NCBI GenBank assembly: GCA_030646955.1
Contig: JAUSKM010000028.1
Coordinates: 1,065 to 65,064, forward strand
Length of the DNA stretch: 64,000 nucleotides
Direction of reading: 5' to 3'
Source: a bacterium
GTDB lineage: Bacteria > Patescibacteriota > Patescibacteriia > JACPHY01
In this document: one piece after another, positions 38,501-48,573 of the stretch
Position numbering within the stretch: position 1 is the stretch's first letter
How the letters are laid out: the number at the start of each line of letters is the position of its first letter
Position numbers and translations under genes: made by a program
Notes under the pieces: generated by a model
Seen by the model: the letters and a program-made list of their open reading frames with translations, nothing else
Told to the model about the DNA's origin: nothing
Databases searched by the model: none

Positions 38501-38722
38501 CTACCGGCGGTAGTTGAGCCCATGCCAAAACCAGTGATCGCTGTCGTCATGTTCCCATCCAGAAGAGCCGCCGTAAGGACCTTTGGAACCAGGTGGATGC
38601 ATGATGCGGGCACTTTTATCTTGAGTGAGGTTGTGTCCGCACGCCGCACAGTGCTCCGAGTCTCCTCCGTTGCATGTGTCGAGAAGTCCTTCATGGCCAC
38701 AATTCGGACATCGTCCAAACAT
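38501..38722 (-). CDS. Small zinc-ribbon protein
   Basis: AGGAG SD; CPNCG...CAACG. Confidence 0.65.
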   Translation of the reverse strand: MFGRCPNCGHEGLLDTCNGGDSEHCAACGHNLTQDKSARIMHPPGSKGPYGGSSGWEHDDSDHWFWHGLNYRR

Positions 38723-38883
38723 GATTTTTCTCCTGCTGTCGGTTGTGAAGGTACTATTGCCACGATACAGCGCCCGTGGCGATAGAGGGGATTGAATTGA
38801 AGAAAATTGATACGATTTTCCTGCACGCTACCAATTTTCAATTAAATATGGTTCTATTGATATATAAAAATGTGTAACGTTTT

Positions 38884-39615
38884 ATGACACAAATAGAGCC
38901 AGCAGTACTTGAACAGGCAGGACTCTCTCGGGAAGAGGGGGCGGTGTATCTTGCGCTTCTTGTCGGGGATGCGACGGTTGCGGAGATTGCGCGGCGTGCG
39001 AAGTTGCACCGTCCGCAGGTGTACCAGCTCCTCGGTACGCTTGCGGAGCGCGGATTGGTGACCCCGCTCACGAAAGGGAAGCGCACACACTATGCGGCGA
39101 GTGCGCCGGCGAGGCTCCACGAGCTATTCGTTGAGCGTGCGCAGGCATTTGAGCGCGCAGTCACCGCTCTGGAGCAGCAGCACGCGGCGAGTGGTGTCGC
39201 GCCGTCAGTGCGGGTGCTAACGGGCGCAAAAGGGCTCCGTTCCGTGCTGGAAGACCTCACTGCCAAGCTGCCGAACGGCGGCATCTTCTATCGGTACAGT
39301 TCTCGTTCACCGCGGCTTGATGCAGAGCGATTTGTTCCTAAGGAGTATCGTGCAAAGCGGACAGCGGCGAAGATTGAGCAGTTTGTTATCACGAATGCTG
39401 CGCTTCGCACCGCGCCGCATCAGCGTCGTATCGAATGCTATTCTAAGATGGTACCCAAGGGCGATGATCCATTTGAGTACAATGTTGCGCTCCTCGTGTA
39501 TGGGAACACGGTCGCCACGGTGGACTATGAAGGCGAAATCGCGCTCATCATAGAAAATGAACGTATCGCCCGTTTCCATGAGCGCATTTTTCGCCTCCTG
39601 TTTGAGCGTTTGTAG
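38884..39615 (+). CDS. TrmB-family transcriptional regulator
   Basis: GLS.EE..VYLALL..G.ATV.EIA....LHRPQVY..L..L..RGLV N-terminal wHTH. Confidence 0.88.
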   Translation: MTQIEPAVLEQAGLSREEGAVYLALLVGDATVAEIARRAKLHRPQVYQLLGTLAERGLVTPLTKGKRTHYAASAPARLHELFVERAQAFERAVTALEQQHAASGVAPSVRVLTGAKGLRSVLEDLTAKLPNGGIFYRYSSRSPRLDAERFVPKEYRAKRTAAKIEQFVITNAALRTAPHQRRIECYSKMVPKGDDPFEYNVALLVYGNTVATVDYEGEIALIIENERIARFHERIFRLLFERL

Positions 39616-39630
39616 CGCACGAATGCAACA

Positions 39631-39660
39631 ACAAACACCCTCCGTGTGGAGGGCGTTTGT
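39631..39660. terminator. Bidirectional terminator-like hairpin
   Basis: ACAAACACCCTCC-GTGT-GGAGGGCGTTTGT between convergent genes. Confidence 0.6.
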
Positions 39661-39671
39661 GATGATGCTAT

Positions 39672-40775
39672 TTACGCCATTGCCTCTGCGGGCTCGAACT
39701 CCTCGGCGTTTTCCGTGCCAGTACCGGTATCGGTGCCGGAGCGGACTTTTGGCTTGTCGGGGTCGCCCTTCGCGGCGACAGCGTCCGTGAGGGCGATGCG
39801 GATTGCGCGGGTGATTGGGGGGTTTGCCATGAGGAACATGCGTGCCTGCTCGCGGCCCATGCCCAGCTTCTCCTCGCCGAACGCGTAGGAGTTGCCGCGC
39901 TTGATGACCACGTTCTCTTCCACGCCGCGATCCAGGAGATCGCCGGTGATGGACATGCCCTCGTTGTACATGATGTCGAAGGTGCACGCGCGGAACGGCG
40001 GCGCGACTTTGTTTTTGACGATTTTCACCTTCACCTGGTTTCCGATGGTGCGGTCACCCTGTTTGATCTGCGCGGATCGGCGCACTTCGACGCGAATGGA
40101 TGCGTAGAATTTTAGTGCGGTGCCGCCGGTGGTGGTTTCCGGGTTGCCGAACACCACGCCAATCTTCATGCGCGTCTGGTTGATGAAGATGACGCATGTT
40201 CCCGTTTTGGACACGAGGCCTGCGAGCTTGCGGAGCGCTTGGGACATGAGCCGCGCCTGGAGACCCATGTGGTGATCGCCCATCTCGCCCTCGATCTCCG
40301 CTTTTGGTACGAGTGCGGCAACAGAGTCGATGACGATGACGTCAATGCCAGCAGAGCGGACGAGCGTCTCTACGATATCCAGTGCTTGCTCGCCGGTGTC
40401 CGGCTGGCTGATGAGGAGCTCCTGGATGTTCACGCCGATTTTTGCTGCGTACTCCGGATCCAGCGCGTGCTCCGCATCCACGAACGCCACGATGCCGCCC
40501 ATGCGTTGCGCCTCTGCCACGACATGGAGTGAGAGCGTCGTTTTGCCAGAGGACTCCGGGCCAAACACCTCCACGATGCGCCCCCGGGGGAATCCGCCAA
40601 CGCCCAGCGCTTCGTCCAACGAGAAGCAGCCCGTGGGGATTGTCTCGATTTCCATCTTCTTGGCCTCGCCCAACTTCATGATCGCTCCGTCACCGAAACG
40701 TTCCTTGATTTGCGATATCGCTGCGAGCGCCGCCATCGAGCGCTCATTCACGGGTGTGGAGGTTGCTTTTGCCAT
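39672..40775 (-). CDS. recA: Recombinase A
   Basis: [38 protein letters not shown] and KNKVAPPF. Confidence 0.98.
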   Translation of the reverse strand: MAKATSTPVNERSMAALAAISQIKERFGDGAIMKLGEAKKMEIETIPTGCFSLDEALGVGGFPRGRIVEVFGPESSGKTTLSLHVVAEAQRMGGIVAFVDAEHALDPEYAAKIGVNIQELLISQPDTGEQALDIVETLVRSAGIDVIVIDSVAALVPKAEIEGEMGDHHMGLQARLMSQALRKLAGLVSKTGTCVIFINQTRMKIGVVFGNPETTTGGTALKFYASIRVEVRRSAQIKQGDRTIGNQVKVKIVKNKVAPPFRACTFDIMYNEGMSITGDLLDRGVEENVVIKRGNSYAFGEEKLGMGREQARMFLMANPPITRAIRIALTDAVAAKGDPDKPKVRSGTDTGTGTENAEEFEPAEAMA

Positions 40776-40972
40776 AGATACTCACATGACACGAAAAAAG
40801 TACTCTCACTGTACCACGCGAGGACGCGCATGCTAGCCCGTACGGGTTAGCGCTTGATGTGGGTTCAGCAGTGTGCGGGTGTTCATGATCGACATGCAAT
40901 CAATGAGGAGAACAATGTTAGAAATAAACCACCCCCGGACATGGTGCCCGGGGGTGGTTTGGCGGTGCATGG

Positions 40973-41362
40973 CTACTGAAGCGCAAGCGGGGCGTTGTTG
41001 TGTTGGACGTGGATGATGCGTTCGATGCGGGCGGTGCCGCTGTGTTGGCGGCGCGCTTCAATGGTGATGGTGTTGACGCCCGGGAGGAGAACGACATCGG
41101 TTTCAAACGCGCCGTGCGTGTCCGGTGCCAGTGTGGAGCCGTTGATGAGCACGGTGGCGCCTGGTTCTGTCTGCCCCACGATGGTCACGATGCGGCTTGA
41201 AGTTGCCAGCTCATCGGCGGGCGTGACGATGGTGAGTGTTGGGGGCGTTCGCATCTCCAGAATACGGTAGCCCAGGAGCCCCAGGATGAGCGCGACGACG
41301 ATGATTGCCGTGGCGCGTCGGAATACCGTGGGCGTGTCGTAGAGCGGGAGGGGACGCTGCAT
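40973..41362 (-). CDS. Membrane-anchored Ig-like (glucodextranase-B-like) domain protein
   Basis: N-terminal TM, then PP.L.I..P...GQTEPGATV.ING...LLPGVNTITI.A. Confidence 0.75.
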   Translation of the reverse strand: MQRPLPLYDTPTVFRRATAIIVVALILGLLGYRILEMRTPPTLTIVTPADELATSSRIVTIVGQTEPGATVLINGSTLAPDTHGAFETDVVLLPGVNTITIEARRQHSGTARIERIIHVQHNNAPLALQ

Positions 41363-41365
41363 ACG

Positions 41366-43804
41366 TTATCGTTGCCGTGCATCTGCTTCTTCTTCATTCT
41401 CATCTTCCCATGCCGTATCGTCCTCATCAACTCCGTCCTCATCCGCGCCATCCACATCCTCTTCCTGCGTATCTTCCGCAGCATCTTCATCTTCTTCATG
41501 GGCATCCTCTTCTTCCTCCGCGTCCTCCTCATTTGCACTGCCCCTCACGTCGCCCGATGGGCTTTGCGGGGCAAACGCGGCCACCCGTTCCGATCCCCCA
41601 CGTCGCCCATCGGGCTCTGCGGGGCGGGTGTGGGTATCCGCTTGTTCCCCAAACACCTCTCGCGGTTTTGCACCATCAGCGGGGCCGATGAATCCTTGTT
41701 CCTCCAAGATATCCAGGATGCGGGCGGCGCGTGCATAGCCCACCTTGAGCCGGCGTTGGAGCAGTGATGCCGATGCTTTGCCGGCTTGCAGAATCACGTC
41801 CTTCGCGTCGGCTAGCAAATCATCCTCCGCCTCGTCCCCGCCGCCGTTCTTGAACGCGACGATCGGTTTCTCGGTCACCTCATCATCGTACTCCGCGTTG
41901 CCGCCCCGCTCTTGGAGACACTCGACGATGCGCTGGATTTCCTGATCGGAGACAAAGCAGCCCTGGAGACGCTTGGGTTTGGAGAGCTCCGCAGACGTGA
42001 AGAGCATGTCGCCACGGCCGAGGAGCCGTTCTGCACCCACGCCATCCAAGATTGTTCGCGAGTCTATGGAGGATGCCACGGCGAACGCGATGCGTGCGGT
42101 GATGTTCGCCTTGATGAGGCCAGTAATCACGTCCACGCTGGGGCGCTGCGTTGCCACGATGAGATGGATGCCCACCGCGCGCGCCATCTGCGCAAGCCGG
42201 ATGATCGCCGCCTCCACGTCGTTTGCGGCAACGGCCATGAGATCCGCCAGCTCATCAATGATGATGACGAGGTACGGGAGACGATCCTCCTCGCGGCACG
42301 CTTTGTTGTACGAGGCGAGATCGCGCTTGCGCTTGCTCGCCAGCAGCTCAAACCGGCGATCCATTTCCGCCAGCGCCCACTTGAGCGCGTGGACGGTCTT
42401 CTTCACGTCCGTGATGACCGGCGTCAGGAGGTGCGGGATGCCGTTGTAGATGGGGAACTCTACGCGCTTGGGGTCCACCAGGATGAAGCGGAGGTCATCC
42501 GGGCCGTTGCGGTAGAGAAGGGAGACGATAATCGCGTTGAGCATGACGGACTTTCCGCTGCCGGTGGCGCCAGCAACCAGGAGGTGCGGCATGCGCGCGA
42601 TGTCCGTGGCCCATGCGTGGCCGGCAACGTCCTTGCCCAGCGCGATGGGGAGCGCCAGCGATGGCTTGGTGAATTCGTCGGACTGGAGGATCTCGCGGAG
42701 CCGTACAATCGCCGCCTTCTGGTTTGGCACTTCGATACCCACCAGCGATTTGCCGGGGACCGGCGCCTCGATGCGGATGGGGTGCGCGGCCAGCGCCAGC
42801 GCGAGGTCATTCGCCAGTGCGGTGATGCGCGAGAGCTTCACGCCGTCCGCCGGGCGCAGCGTGAACTGCGTCACCGTGGGGCCCACGCGCACGTCGCCCA
42901 TCTCCACGTCAATGCGGAAATTCTTGAGCGTCTTCTGGATGATGGCCTGGGCCGCTTTGATGTCGCCGCTGGTTGGTTTGCCAACTTCACCAGAGAGCAG
43001 GTCCAGCGGGAGTTCCACGCGTGGCCGGCGGACGCGCTTGCGTGCGCGCACCGCGTTGGCGATGGCATCGTGCTTGCTCGAGGATGCGGCATCCTCGTCC
43101 TGTGCATCGGCATTTGCCTCCTCTGCTCCTTCCTCGTCCGTCTCGCCGTCATTATTTGATGTTGCTTCTGCTTCTTTTTCCGCAAGCTCGCGCTCCGCGA
43201 ACTCGGCATTGGCTGTATCATCGGCACTACTCTGCGACCGCTCTCGCGCGGTGCGCGCTGCACCGGTGATGGTGCGCCACGCGCGTCGAACGTGCTCGAG
43301 AGAAAGATGGAAGCCCAAGAAGACGCCGATGATGACGATGGCGGTGAGGAGGACGGCGGTGGCGATGGGGCCAAAGAGCTCCGCGAGCGGGGAGGAGAGC
43401 ACCAGGCCCAGGTACCCGCCGGAGACGGGGCCGCCCTTCAGGTGGAGGAGGCCGGTGAGCGCGACACCCAGGAGAAGGAATCCCAAAAGTTGGAGCGCCC
43501 CGAAGCGCGGGCGTGATGCTTCCTCGCGCACCAGCATGGCCGCCACAATAAGGAGCACGAGCGGCACGAGGAACGCGGCGGAACCAAACAGCGCGCGCAG
43601 CCCGCCCGCAATCGCCGCACCCGCATTCCCCGCGATACCGGCAAACGCGAGCGCGCCGATGATGCCAGCCGTAAAGAGTGCCACCACGACAATGCCGTGG
43701 AGGGTTTCCGGTGAGAGCGTTGGGATAGGATCGCGCTCCACCTCTTCATCTTGTTGTCCCCGCCGCGCACCCGTTCGTTTTCTCGTCGGTTTCTTCCGCG
43801 CCAT
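41366..43804 (-). CDS. ftsK: DNA translocase FtsK
   Basis: N-terminal TMs; MPHLLVAGATGSGKS, IIIDELADLM, ATQRPSVDV, LLGRGDML; gamma domain LQRRLKVGYARAAR; acidic tail. Confidence 0.96.
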   Translation of the reverse strand: MARKKPTRKRTGARRGQQDEEVERDPIPTLSPETLHGIVVVALFTAGIIGALAFAGIAGNAGAAIAGGLRALFGSAAFLVPLVLLIVAAMLVREEASRPRFGALQLLGFLLLGVALTGLLHLKGGPVSGGYLGLVLSSPLAELFGPIATAVLLTAIVIIGVFLGFHLSLEHVRRAWRTITGAARTARERSQSSADDTANAEFAERELAEKEAEATSNNDGETDEEGAEEANADAQDEDAASSSKHDAIANAVRARKRVRRPRVELPLDLLSGEVGKPTSGDIKAAQAIIQKTLKNFRIDVEMGDVRVGPTVTQFTLRPADGVKLSRITALANDLALALAAHPIRIEAPVPGKSLVGIEVPNQKAAIVRLREILQSDEFTKPSLALPIALGKDVAGHAWATDIARMPHLLVAGATGSGKSVMLNAIIVSLLYRNGPDDLRFILVDPKRVEFPIYNGIPHLLTPVITDVKKTVHALKWALAEMDRRFELLASKRKRDLASYNKACREEDRLPYLVIIIDELADLMAVAANDVEAAIIRLAQMARAVGIHLIVATQRPSVDVITGLIKANITARIAFAVASSIDSRTILDGVGAERLLGRGDMLFTSAELSKPKRLQGCFVSDQEIQRIVECLQERGGNAEYDDEVTEKPIVAFKNGGGDEAEDDLLADAKDVILQAGKASASLLQRRLKVGYARAARILDILEEQGFIGPADGAKPREVFGEQADTHTRPAEPDGRRGGSERVAAFAPQSPSGDVRGSANEEDAEEEEDAHEEDEDAAEDTQEEDVDGADEDGVDEDDTAWEDENEEEADARQR

Positions 43805-44076
43805 ACCAATGTGCATGGTGTCATTGCGAGTATTCGAAGCAATCTCGCGTCTCAAATCATTGTACCAATTTTGTGCTCAACGCTCCACGGGTATCCGATG
43901 GTGTTCAAAATACTGCGTCATTGCGAGCCCGCGTCTGTGCGGGCGTGGCAATCTCGTCACTTGATCGTGCGGGATTGCCACGTCGTTCGCGGACGCACTT
44001 CTCGCAATGACGCGCAGAAAATACAAGAGTACAGCCCCCGACCGTGTGGTCGGGGGCTGTTGCAATTCGTTTGCTG

Positions 44077-44559
44077 CTACTTCTTGGGCGGGATCCCCAG
44101 CAGCTCCATGGCGCGGGCGCGCCAGGCGCCGGGTTGGGGCCGCTCCTTGTCCCTGTAGTGGGAGGCGGTCCCCACGAACTCCCGGTGGAGCCAGAGGGCG
44201 TTATGGAGCAGCTTGCCGCCGCCCATGCCACCGGAGACGGTATTGCCGTGAGTCGCGTCGTCGACGCGTGCCGAACAGCCCTTGCCTTCGTTCGTCGGCC
44301 AGGCGTACCGATCGAGCTCCTTGTGGAGCTGTCCCGCGTTGAGCGGCAGGACGGCGACCAGGTAGTCGCTCTCGCCGGTGTAGGCGTAGAGCGCGTGCGT
44401 GGGTTCCGCGGCGTCGAACCTGCGGTCGCACTCCTCGGGCGTGATGAGCTCCACGCCGGGGATGAGGGACAGGGGACAGGTCAGGTAAACCTGGCCGCCA
44501 TCATCGCCCTCGAGAACGAGCCAGAGATCGCGCAGCCGCACTGCGGGGGTTGCATCCAT
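44077..44559 (-). CDS. Hypothetical protein (paralog of 46356-46862)
   Basis: AAGGAG SD; shared LWL...WR.RA.ELLGI C-terminus. Confidence 0.75.
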   Translation of the reverse strand: MDATPAVRLRDLWLVLEGDDGGQVYLTCPLSLIPGVELITPEECDRRFDAAEPTHALYAYTGESDYLVAVLPLNAGQLHKELDRYAWPTNEGKGCSARVDDATHGNTVSGGMGGGKLLHNALWLHREFVGTASHYRDKERPQPGAWRARAMELLGIPPKK

Positions 44560-44583
44560 CGGGTTCTCCTTCCGGGGTTGATT

Positions 44584-44649
44584 CCCCACCGCTCACACCA
44601 AGCGGGCTTGGTGGGAATGGTGGGGCCGCGTCCCGGAAGGGGACGCGGC
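44584..44649 (-). repeat. Tandem-hairpin element, minus-strand array copy
   Basis: GCCGCGTCCC/GGGACGCGGC abuts CCCACCATTC...GAGCGGTGGG; further copies at 45690-45765, 46084-46145, 46266-46340, 47446-47519, 47994-48073 and 48467-48532. Confidence 0.8.
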
Positions 44650-44655
44650 ATTGGG

Positions 44656-45084
44656 CTACTTGCCCAGGAGAAGGCGGAGATCCGCCGGCATCTCGTCGAG
44701 CGATCCGTACTGGGCGAGGTGTATCGTGACAGTGCCGCCGACATTCGGATCGCGCCACATCGACCATCCGCCATCCATGTGCTCCAAGAGCACAAGGGCT
44801 CCGAATTCCGGGTAGAACTCGAAGCTATTGATGTGGCTACAACGGTGATCCGGCATCGGCTCGGTGCCATTCCACGATTCTGGCACGATTGGTTGCTGCG
44901 GCAGGAACTGCAGCTCCCTGATCGCGCTTTCGATTTCCGGAATGCAGTCGCGGTACCTCTCATCGCGCTCTGTGCCATCAAACTCGACGGCACAGAAATT
45001 CGCCGCATCGACGCCTGTCTTGAGTGCTGCGATGCGTCTCGCACGGTCGGCGACCAACTGTGGCCATTTGGTTCTAGCGTCCAT
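44656..45084 (-). CDS. Hypothetical protein
   Basis: AAGGA SD before ATG (MDARTKW...). Confidence 0.65.
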   Translation of the reverse strand: MDARTKWPQLVADRARRIAALKTGVDAANFCAVEFDGTERDERYRDCIPEIESAIRELQFLPQQPIVPESWNGTEPMPDHRCSHINSFEFYPEFGALVLLEHMDGGWSMWRDPNVGGTVTIHLAQYGSLDEMPADLRLLLGK

Positions 45085-45098
45085 CACGTTCCTTCTTC

Positions 45099-45623
45099 CT
45101 ACGCCGCGAGGGCGATGAGGGTTGCAGGGTGCTCGGCGGGCTGCTCGCAGCACATCGTGTAGACCGCGATGCGATCGCCGATGGAGAGCGCGTTGAACGC
45201 GCGGAACAGCGTCCAGTCCATGACTGCGCACCGTGCATCCATGAGCCAGTGCATTGCGAACGCCAGAACCAGCGTGTCCCAGCAGCGATCGCCCTCCAGA
45301 GCGTCGTGGAACTCGGTGACTGCGTGCACGGCGTTGGAGCGGAAGCGTTCCGCGTTGGAAAGCTGCCGCACGACGCGCCAGAGATGGTCCATCATCTCCG
45401 CGGGTCCCTCGAAGATGAATCCGAGCATGCACATGTCGGTCTTGATGCTGACCGTGAGGCACGTCGTCGTGCGCGCTTCGATCGTCGCGCCGAACTGGCG
45501 GAATTCCTCCGAACCGATCAGGAGCGCGAGCGCATCCCGCAGGGTCACGGGTTCTTTCCGTGCAAGCACCTCGCACGGCCGTCTGCCGATGCGCAGCCCT
45601 TGGGTCATTGTCACCACGATCAT
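45099..45623 (-). CDS. Hypothetical protein (probable paralog of 46878-47405)
   Basis: GAGGAGGAG SD; similar C-terminal helices ending LAA. Confidence 0.7.
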   Translation of the reverse strand: MIVVTMTQGLRIGRRPCEVLARKEPVTLRDALALLIGSEEFRQFGATIEARTTTCLTVSIKTDMCMLGFIFEGPAEMMDHLWRVVRQLSNAERFRSNAVHAVTEFHDALEGDRCWDTLVLAFAMHWLMDARCAVMDWTLFRAFNALSIGDRIAVYTMCCEQPAEHPATLIALAA

Positions 45624-45771
45624 CGTATCAATCTCCTCCTCACCAGCGGGCGGCCGGTGATGTTGGGGTGTTGCCTTGAAAGAACTGCGCCCGCCGTAGG
45701 TACCGAGTATACAACTCCGTAGCTATGGTGGGGCCCCGTTGGATGCTTGCGCTATCCAACGGGGCTCGTGG

Positions 45772-46002
45772 TTACTGCTGCGGGAGGACCTGGCAGTCCT
45801 CGGCGTCGCTGGCGGTCGCGTCGCCGTTGCTGCGGCAGCCATCCTGCCGCCGCTCGTCGCGGTTCTCCTCGGTGCGGAGGTCGCCGAAGGCCGCATTGAA
45901 GCGGTTGTGGGGCGAGGGGGCGAGCTGCGGCTGCTGCACCGCGGGAGCGGCGCAGGCGGAGAGGGCGGCGAGGGCGATGGCGAGGCAAAGGGCGCGGGTC
46001 AT
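45772..46002 (-). CDS. Small lipoprotein
   Basis: AGGAGGT SD; MTRALCLAIALAALSAC lipobox. Confidence 0.75.
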   Translation of the reverse strand: MTRALCLAIALAALSACAAPAVQQPQLAPSPHNRFNAAFGDLRTEENRDERRQDGCRSNGDATASDAEDCQVLPQQ

Positions 46003-46144
46003 GGGAACCTCCTGGTTTGGGTTCATCGGGCTTGGCGATTAAGCCATGCTCGAGTGCCGGGTGCGGGCGCATCGTGCGCCCATCCCCGCCGCTTCCATCA
46101 AAGCACGTTTGATGAGAGTGGTGGGGCCCCGTGCGTGCACGGGG

Positions 46145-46201
46145 CTATGGGTGGTAGCGCGCTGCCTTTGTCGTCACTATTCTGCGTGACGGGCAGCTCA
46201 T
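46145..46201 (-). CDS. Possible 18-aa peptide between two array elements
   Basis: AAGGAAGGT SD, then MSCPSRRIVTTKAARYHP*; stop abuts the next tandem hairpin. Confidence 0.4.
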   Translation of the reverse strand: MSCPSRRIVTTKAARYHP

Positions 46202-46355
46202 GGGTATCACCTTCCTTTCGTGTTGTGCATGACCACGATTCACAAATAGGTTCGCGGTCATGCTTCCCACCGCTCACGCCAAGTTTCGTTTAGCGGGAAT
46301 GGTGGGCCCACGTGAGATGGTTTGTGCCATCTCACGTGGGATGTTGATGCGGGCG

Positions 46356-46862
46356 TCAGCCGGTCTGGTCGTCGCGGATTCCCAGGAGCTCGAAGGCGCG
46401 GGTGCGCCAATGGAGCGGCGTGGGCAACTTGGGGTTGAGCCACAGCCCGCGGCGCAGCTCGTCGTGCTCGCGGCACAGGGCGCCGTGGGCGGTGACCAGC
46501 TCCGCCTCCACGGTGAGGTCGCGTCGCTGGCGGGCCGTGTTTTGGTACGCGCCAAAGTCGAGCTCGTACAGCAGCACGACCAGGGCGAGGGGACGCGTCT
46601 CGTCCCACGGCAGGTCCAGCGCGCCGTCCGCGATCTGCGTGGGCACGGCGCACTTGCGCAGCACACACAGCGGGACTGAGAGCACCGCCGTCCCGTCGCG
46701 GTGACGGATGACGACCCACGTGTCCTGCTCCAACTGCAAATGCAGCAGCCGGGCGAGGTTCACGTCGTGCGCCGGACGCTCGCTTCTCCGCTCCGCGCGG
46801 GCGGAGAGCTCCGGCGCCTCGATGCGCGCCGCGCGTGCTCGTTCGAAGTGCATCACTTCCAT
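46356..46862 (-). CDS. Hypothetical protein (paralog of 44077-44559)
   Basis: AAGGAG SD; shared motifs. Confidence 0.75.
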   Translation of the reverse strand: MEVMHFERARAARIEAPELSARAERRSERPAHDVNLARLLHLQLEQDTWVVIRHRDGTAVLSVPLCVLRKCAVPTQIADGALDLPWDETRPLALVVLLYELDFGAYQNTARQRRDLTVEAELVTAHGALCREHDELRRGLWLNPKLPTPLHWRTRAFELLGIRDDQTG

Positions 46863-46877
46863 CGGCTCTTCTCCTTC

Positions 46878-47405
46878 CTACGCGGCGTTGGCCGCGGTGT
46901 TGGGGGTTGCCAGGGGCGCCGCCAGCTCCAGGAGCTGCTCGATCGGGAGGTCGCGGTGCTCGTGTGCCAGCGCGAACAGCGTCACCTGATCCTGCAGCCG
47001 CAGCGCCGCGATGCTTCGGAGCGTCTCCACGTCCTCCACGCCGAGGCCGAAGAAGGCGCAGAGCATGGTGGCCTGGGCGGTGTTGCTGTGCTGGATGAGA
47101 CCCAGCACGGGGTCCTTCAGGTCGAGCATCGGCTGGCGGCGGAGCGCCAGCAGACTCACGTTGATCTCCGCGGCAACGATGCGGACGAGCGGGAGCATTG
47201 CCCACTCGGTGCCGCTGTACCACGCCTGCTCCGTCGGCAGGAAGGACTGCACGCTACCGCCCTCCTCCTCCGCCTCCTCCTTCTCCTTGCAGATCCACCC
47301 GCCGCTTGCGATGCAGGCGACGAGGGCGTCGAGCGCGGCGTGGGCCGTGGTGGTACCCATCAGCAACGCCGAGCTACCGGTGATACGCTTGACGATAGAA
47401 ATCAT
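46878..47405 (-). CDS. Hypothetical protein
   Basis: AAGGAG SD; coding-like GC3. Confidence 0.75.
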   Translation of the reverse strand: MISIVKRITGSSALLMGTTTAHAALDALVACIASGGWICKEKEEAEEEGGSVQSFLPTEQAWYSGTEWAMLPLVRIVAAEINVSLLALRRQPMLDLKDPVLGLIQHSNTAQATMLCAFFGLGVEDVETLRSIAALRLQDQVTLFALAHEHRDLPIEQLLELAAPLATPNTAANAA

Positions 47406-47526
47406 CAGCTCTCCTTTCCATTGGTGAAAGATCAGTCGTTTTTCTCCCACCACATGCACCGAGCGGTGCTCCGTTCATGTGGTGGGCCCCCGTGAGATGT
47501 GTGTCTTATCTCACGGGGGTTAACGG

Positions 47527-47688
47527 TCACTGGCGTGCCCGGCGGCAGTTCTCGGTGTCATCGCGGCAGATGCTGCCACCGCTGGCCAGCGCGTCGGCGA
47601 GGGCGTCGTTGAACGCCCGGCGCTGCACCGAGGCGTTGCTGCAGGCCGAGAACGCGAGAGCGAGACAGAGAAAGAGCGCGATGCGCAT
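47527..47688 (-). CDS. Small lipoprotein (53 aa)
   Basis: AAGGAG SD; MRIALFLCLALAFSAC lipobox; C-terminal C...NC pair like 45772-46002. Confidence 0.7.
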   Translation of the reverse strand: MRIALFLCLALAFSACSNASVQRRAFNDALADALASGGSICRDDTENCRRARQ

Positions 47689-48084
47689 TGGGATCTCCTT
47701 TTTTCGAACAGACCCCCCGATGCAGGAGCGGGAAACTCGTGCAGCGAGGGGTGTGTTCGGAACAGTGTCGTTGATGGTGATCGTTACTCGCCCCCAGCAA
47801 GGAAAACGCCGGAGAGGAGAATCATGGTGCCAAGGAGAATCATATTTTTTTTGTTTGTCATTCCGAGGTCTGCCGAGGGATCTCACACGATGCAACAACG
47901 GAGGAGCTTTTGCTCAGTGTTGAAGTGTGTGGGATTTCTCGTTGCGCTCAAATGACATGAGTATTCATGATGAAATGTTCTGTTTGTATTTTGCCTCCCA
48001 CGCGGCCCAAATTCCCGTGACAAGCGTGGATTTCAGGGCGTGTGGGAGGCCGGCGTCGGTGTTCTGACGCCGGGCTATGCCGCT

Positions 48085-48225
48085 CTACGCGGCGTGGTGG
48101 GGGTTGGCCCGGGTGACCATCCCGCTCGCGTCTACGTGGACCACGAACGGGCGCACCCGAACCGGGAGGCGCTGCGCCGGCTTCTGGGCCGGGCGGGCGT
48201 CGTCGCGCTTCATGCGCTGCTGCAT
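48085..48225 (-). CDS. Small basic protein (46 aa)
   Basis: AAGGAGGT SD, then MQQRMKRDDARPAQKPAQRLPVRVRPFVVHVDASGMVTRANPHHAA*. Confidence 0.55.
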   Translation of the reverse strand: MQQRMKRDDARPAQKPAQRLPVRVRPFVVHVDASGMVTRANPHHAA

Positions 48226-48262
48226 CAATTTTCACCTCCTTTCGGTGCGGTTTGGTGTTTTG

Positions 48263-48445
48263 CTACTTCTTCTTTCCGCCGCGCACCTTGGTGCCTGTGT
48301 AGATGAACAGGCCACCAATGGCGAGGCGGGAGAGACGGAAGGCAGCGCGCGTTGCCGGGAGCTTCTTCCCGAACATGAGCGCGAAGCCGTCCGCAACGAT
48401 GAGCAGCAAGAGGATGGGCCCGATATGGGACAGCAGCCAGTCCAA
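48263..48445 (-). CDS. Small membrane protein (60 aa)
   Basis: TTG start after AAGGAG; hydrophobic N-terminus and basic tail. Confidence 0.6.
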   Translation of the reverse strand: MDWLLSHIGPILLLLIVADGFALMFGKKLPATRAAFRLSRLAIGGLFIYTGTKVRGGKKK

Positions 48446-48573
48446 AGTGTCTCCTTTCCGGTGAAATGAACCCCTCGAGACACAAGTGCATGCTCGTGTG
48501 GCGAGGGGTTCAGGCGAGCGATGCTCGCCTGACTTTGAGTCGGCCCTCATGGAGGGCGAATGGGGAAGGGAAA

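Noticed and set aside
41366-41530. Acidic low-complexity FtsK tail as a separate repeat system
   Set aside because: Simple in-frame D/E-rich tail without a fixed repeat unit
47815-47845. Direct repeat ATGATTCTCCT twice on the minus strand as an operator
   Set aside because: Only two copies and no other occurrence noticed; insufficient support
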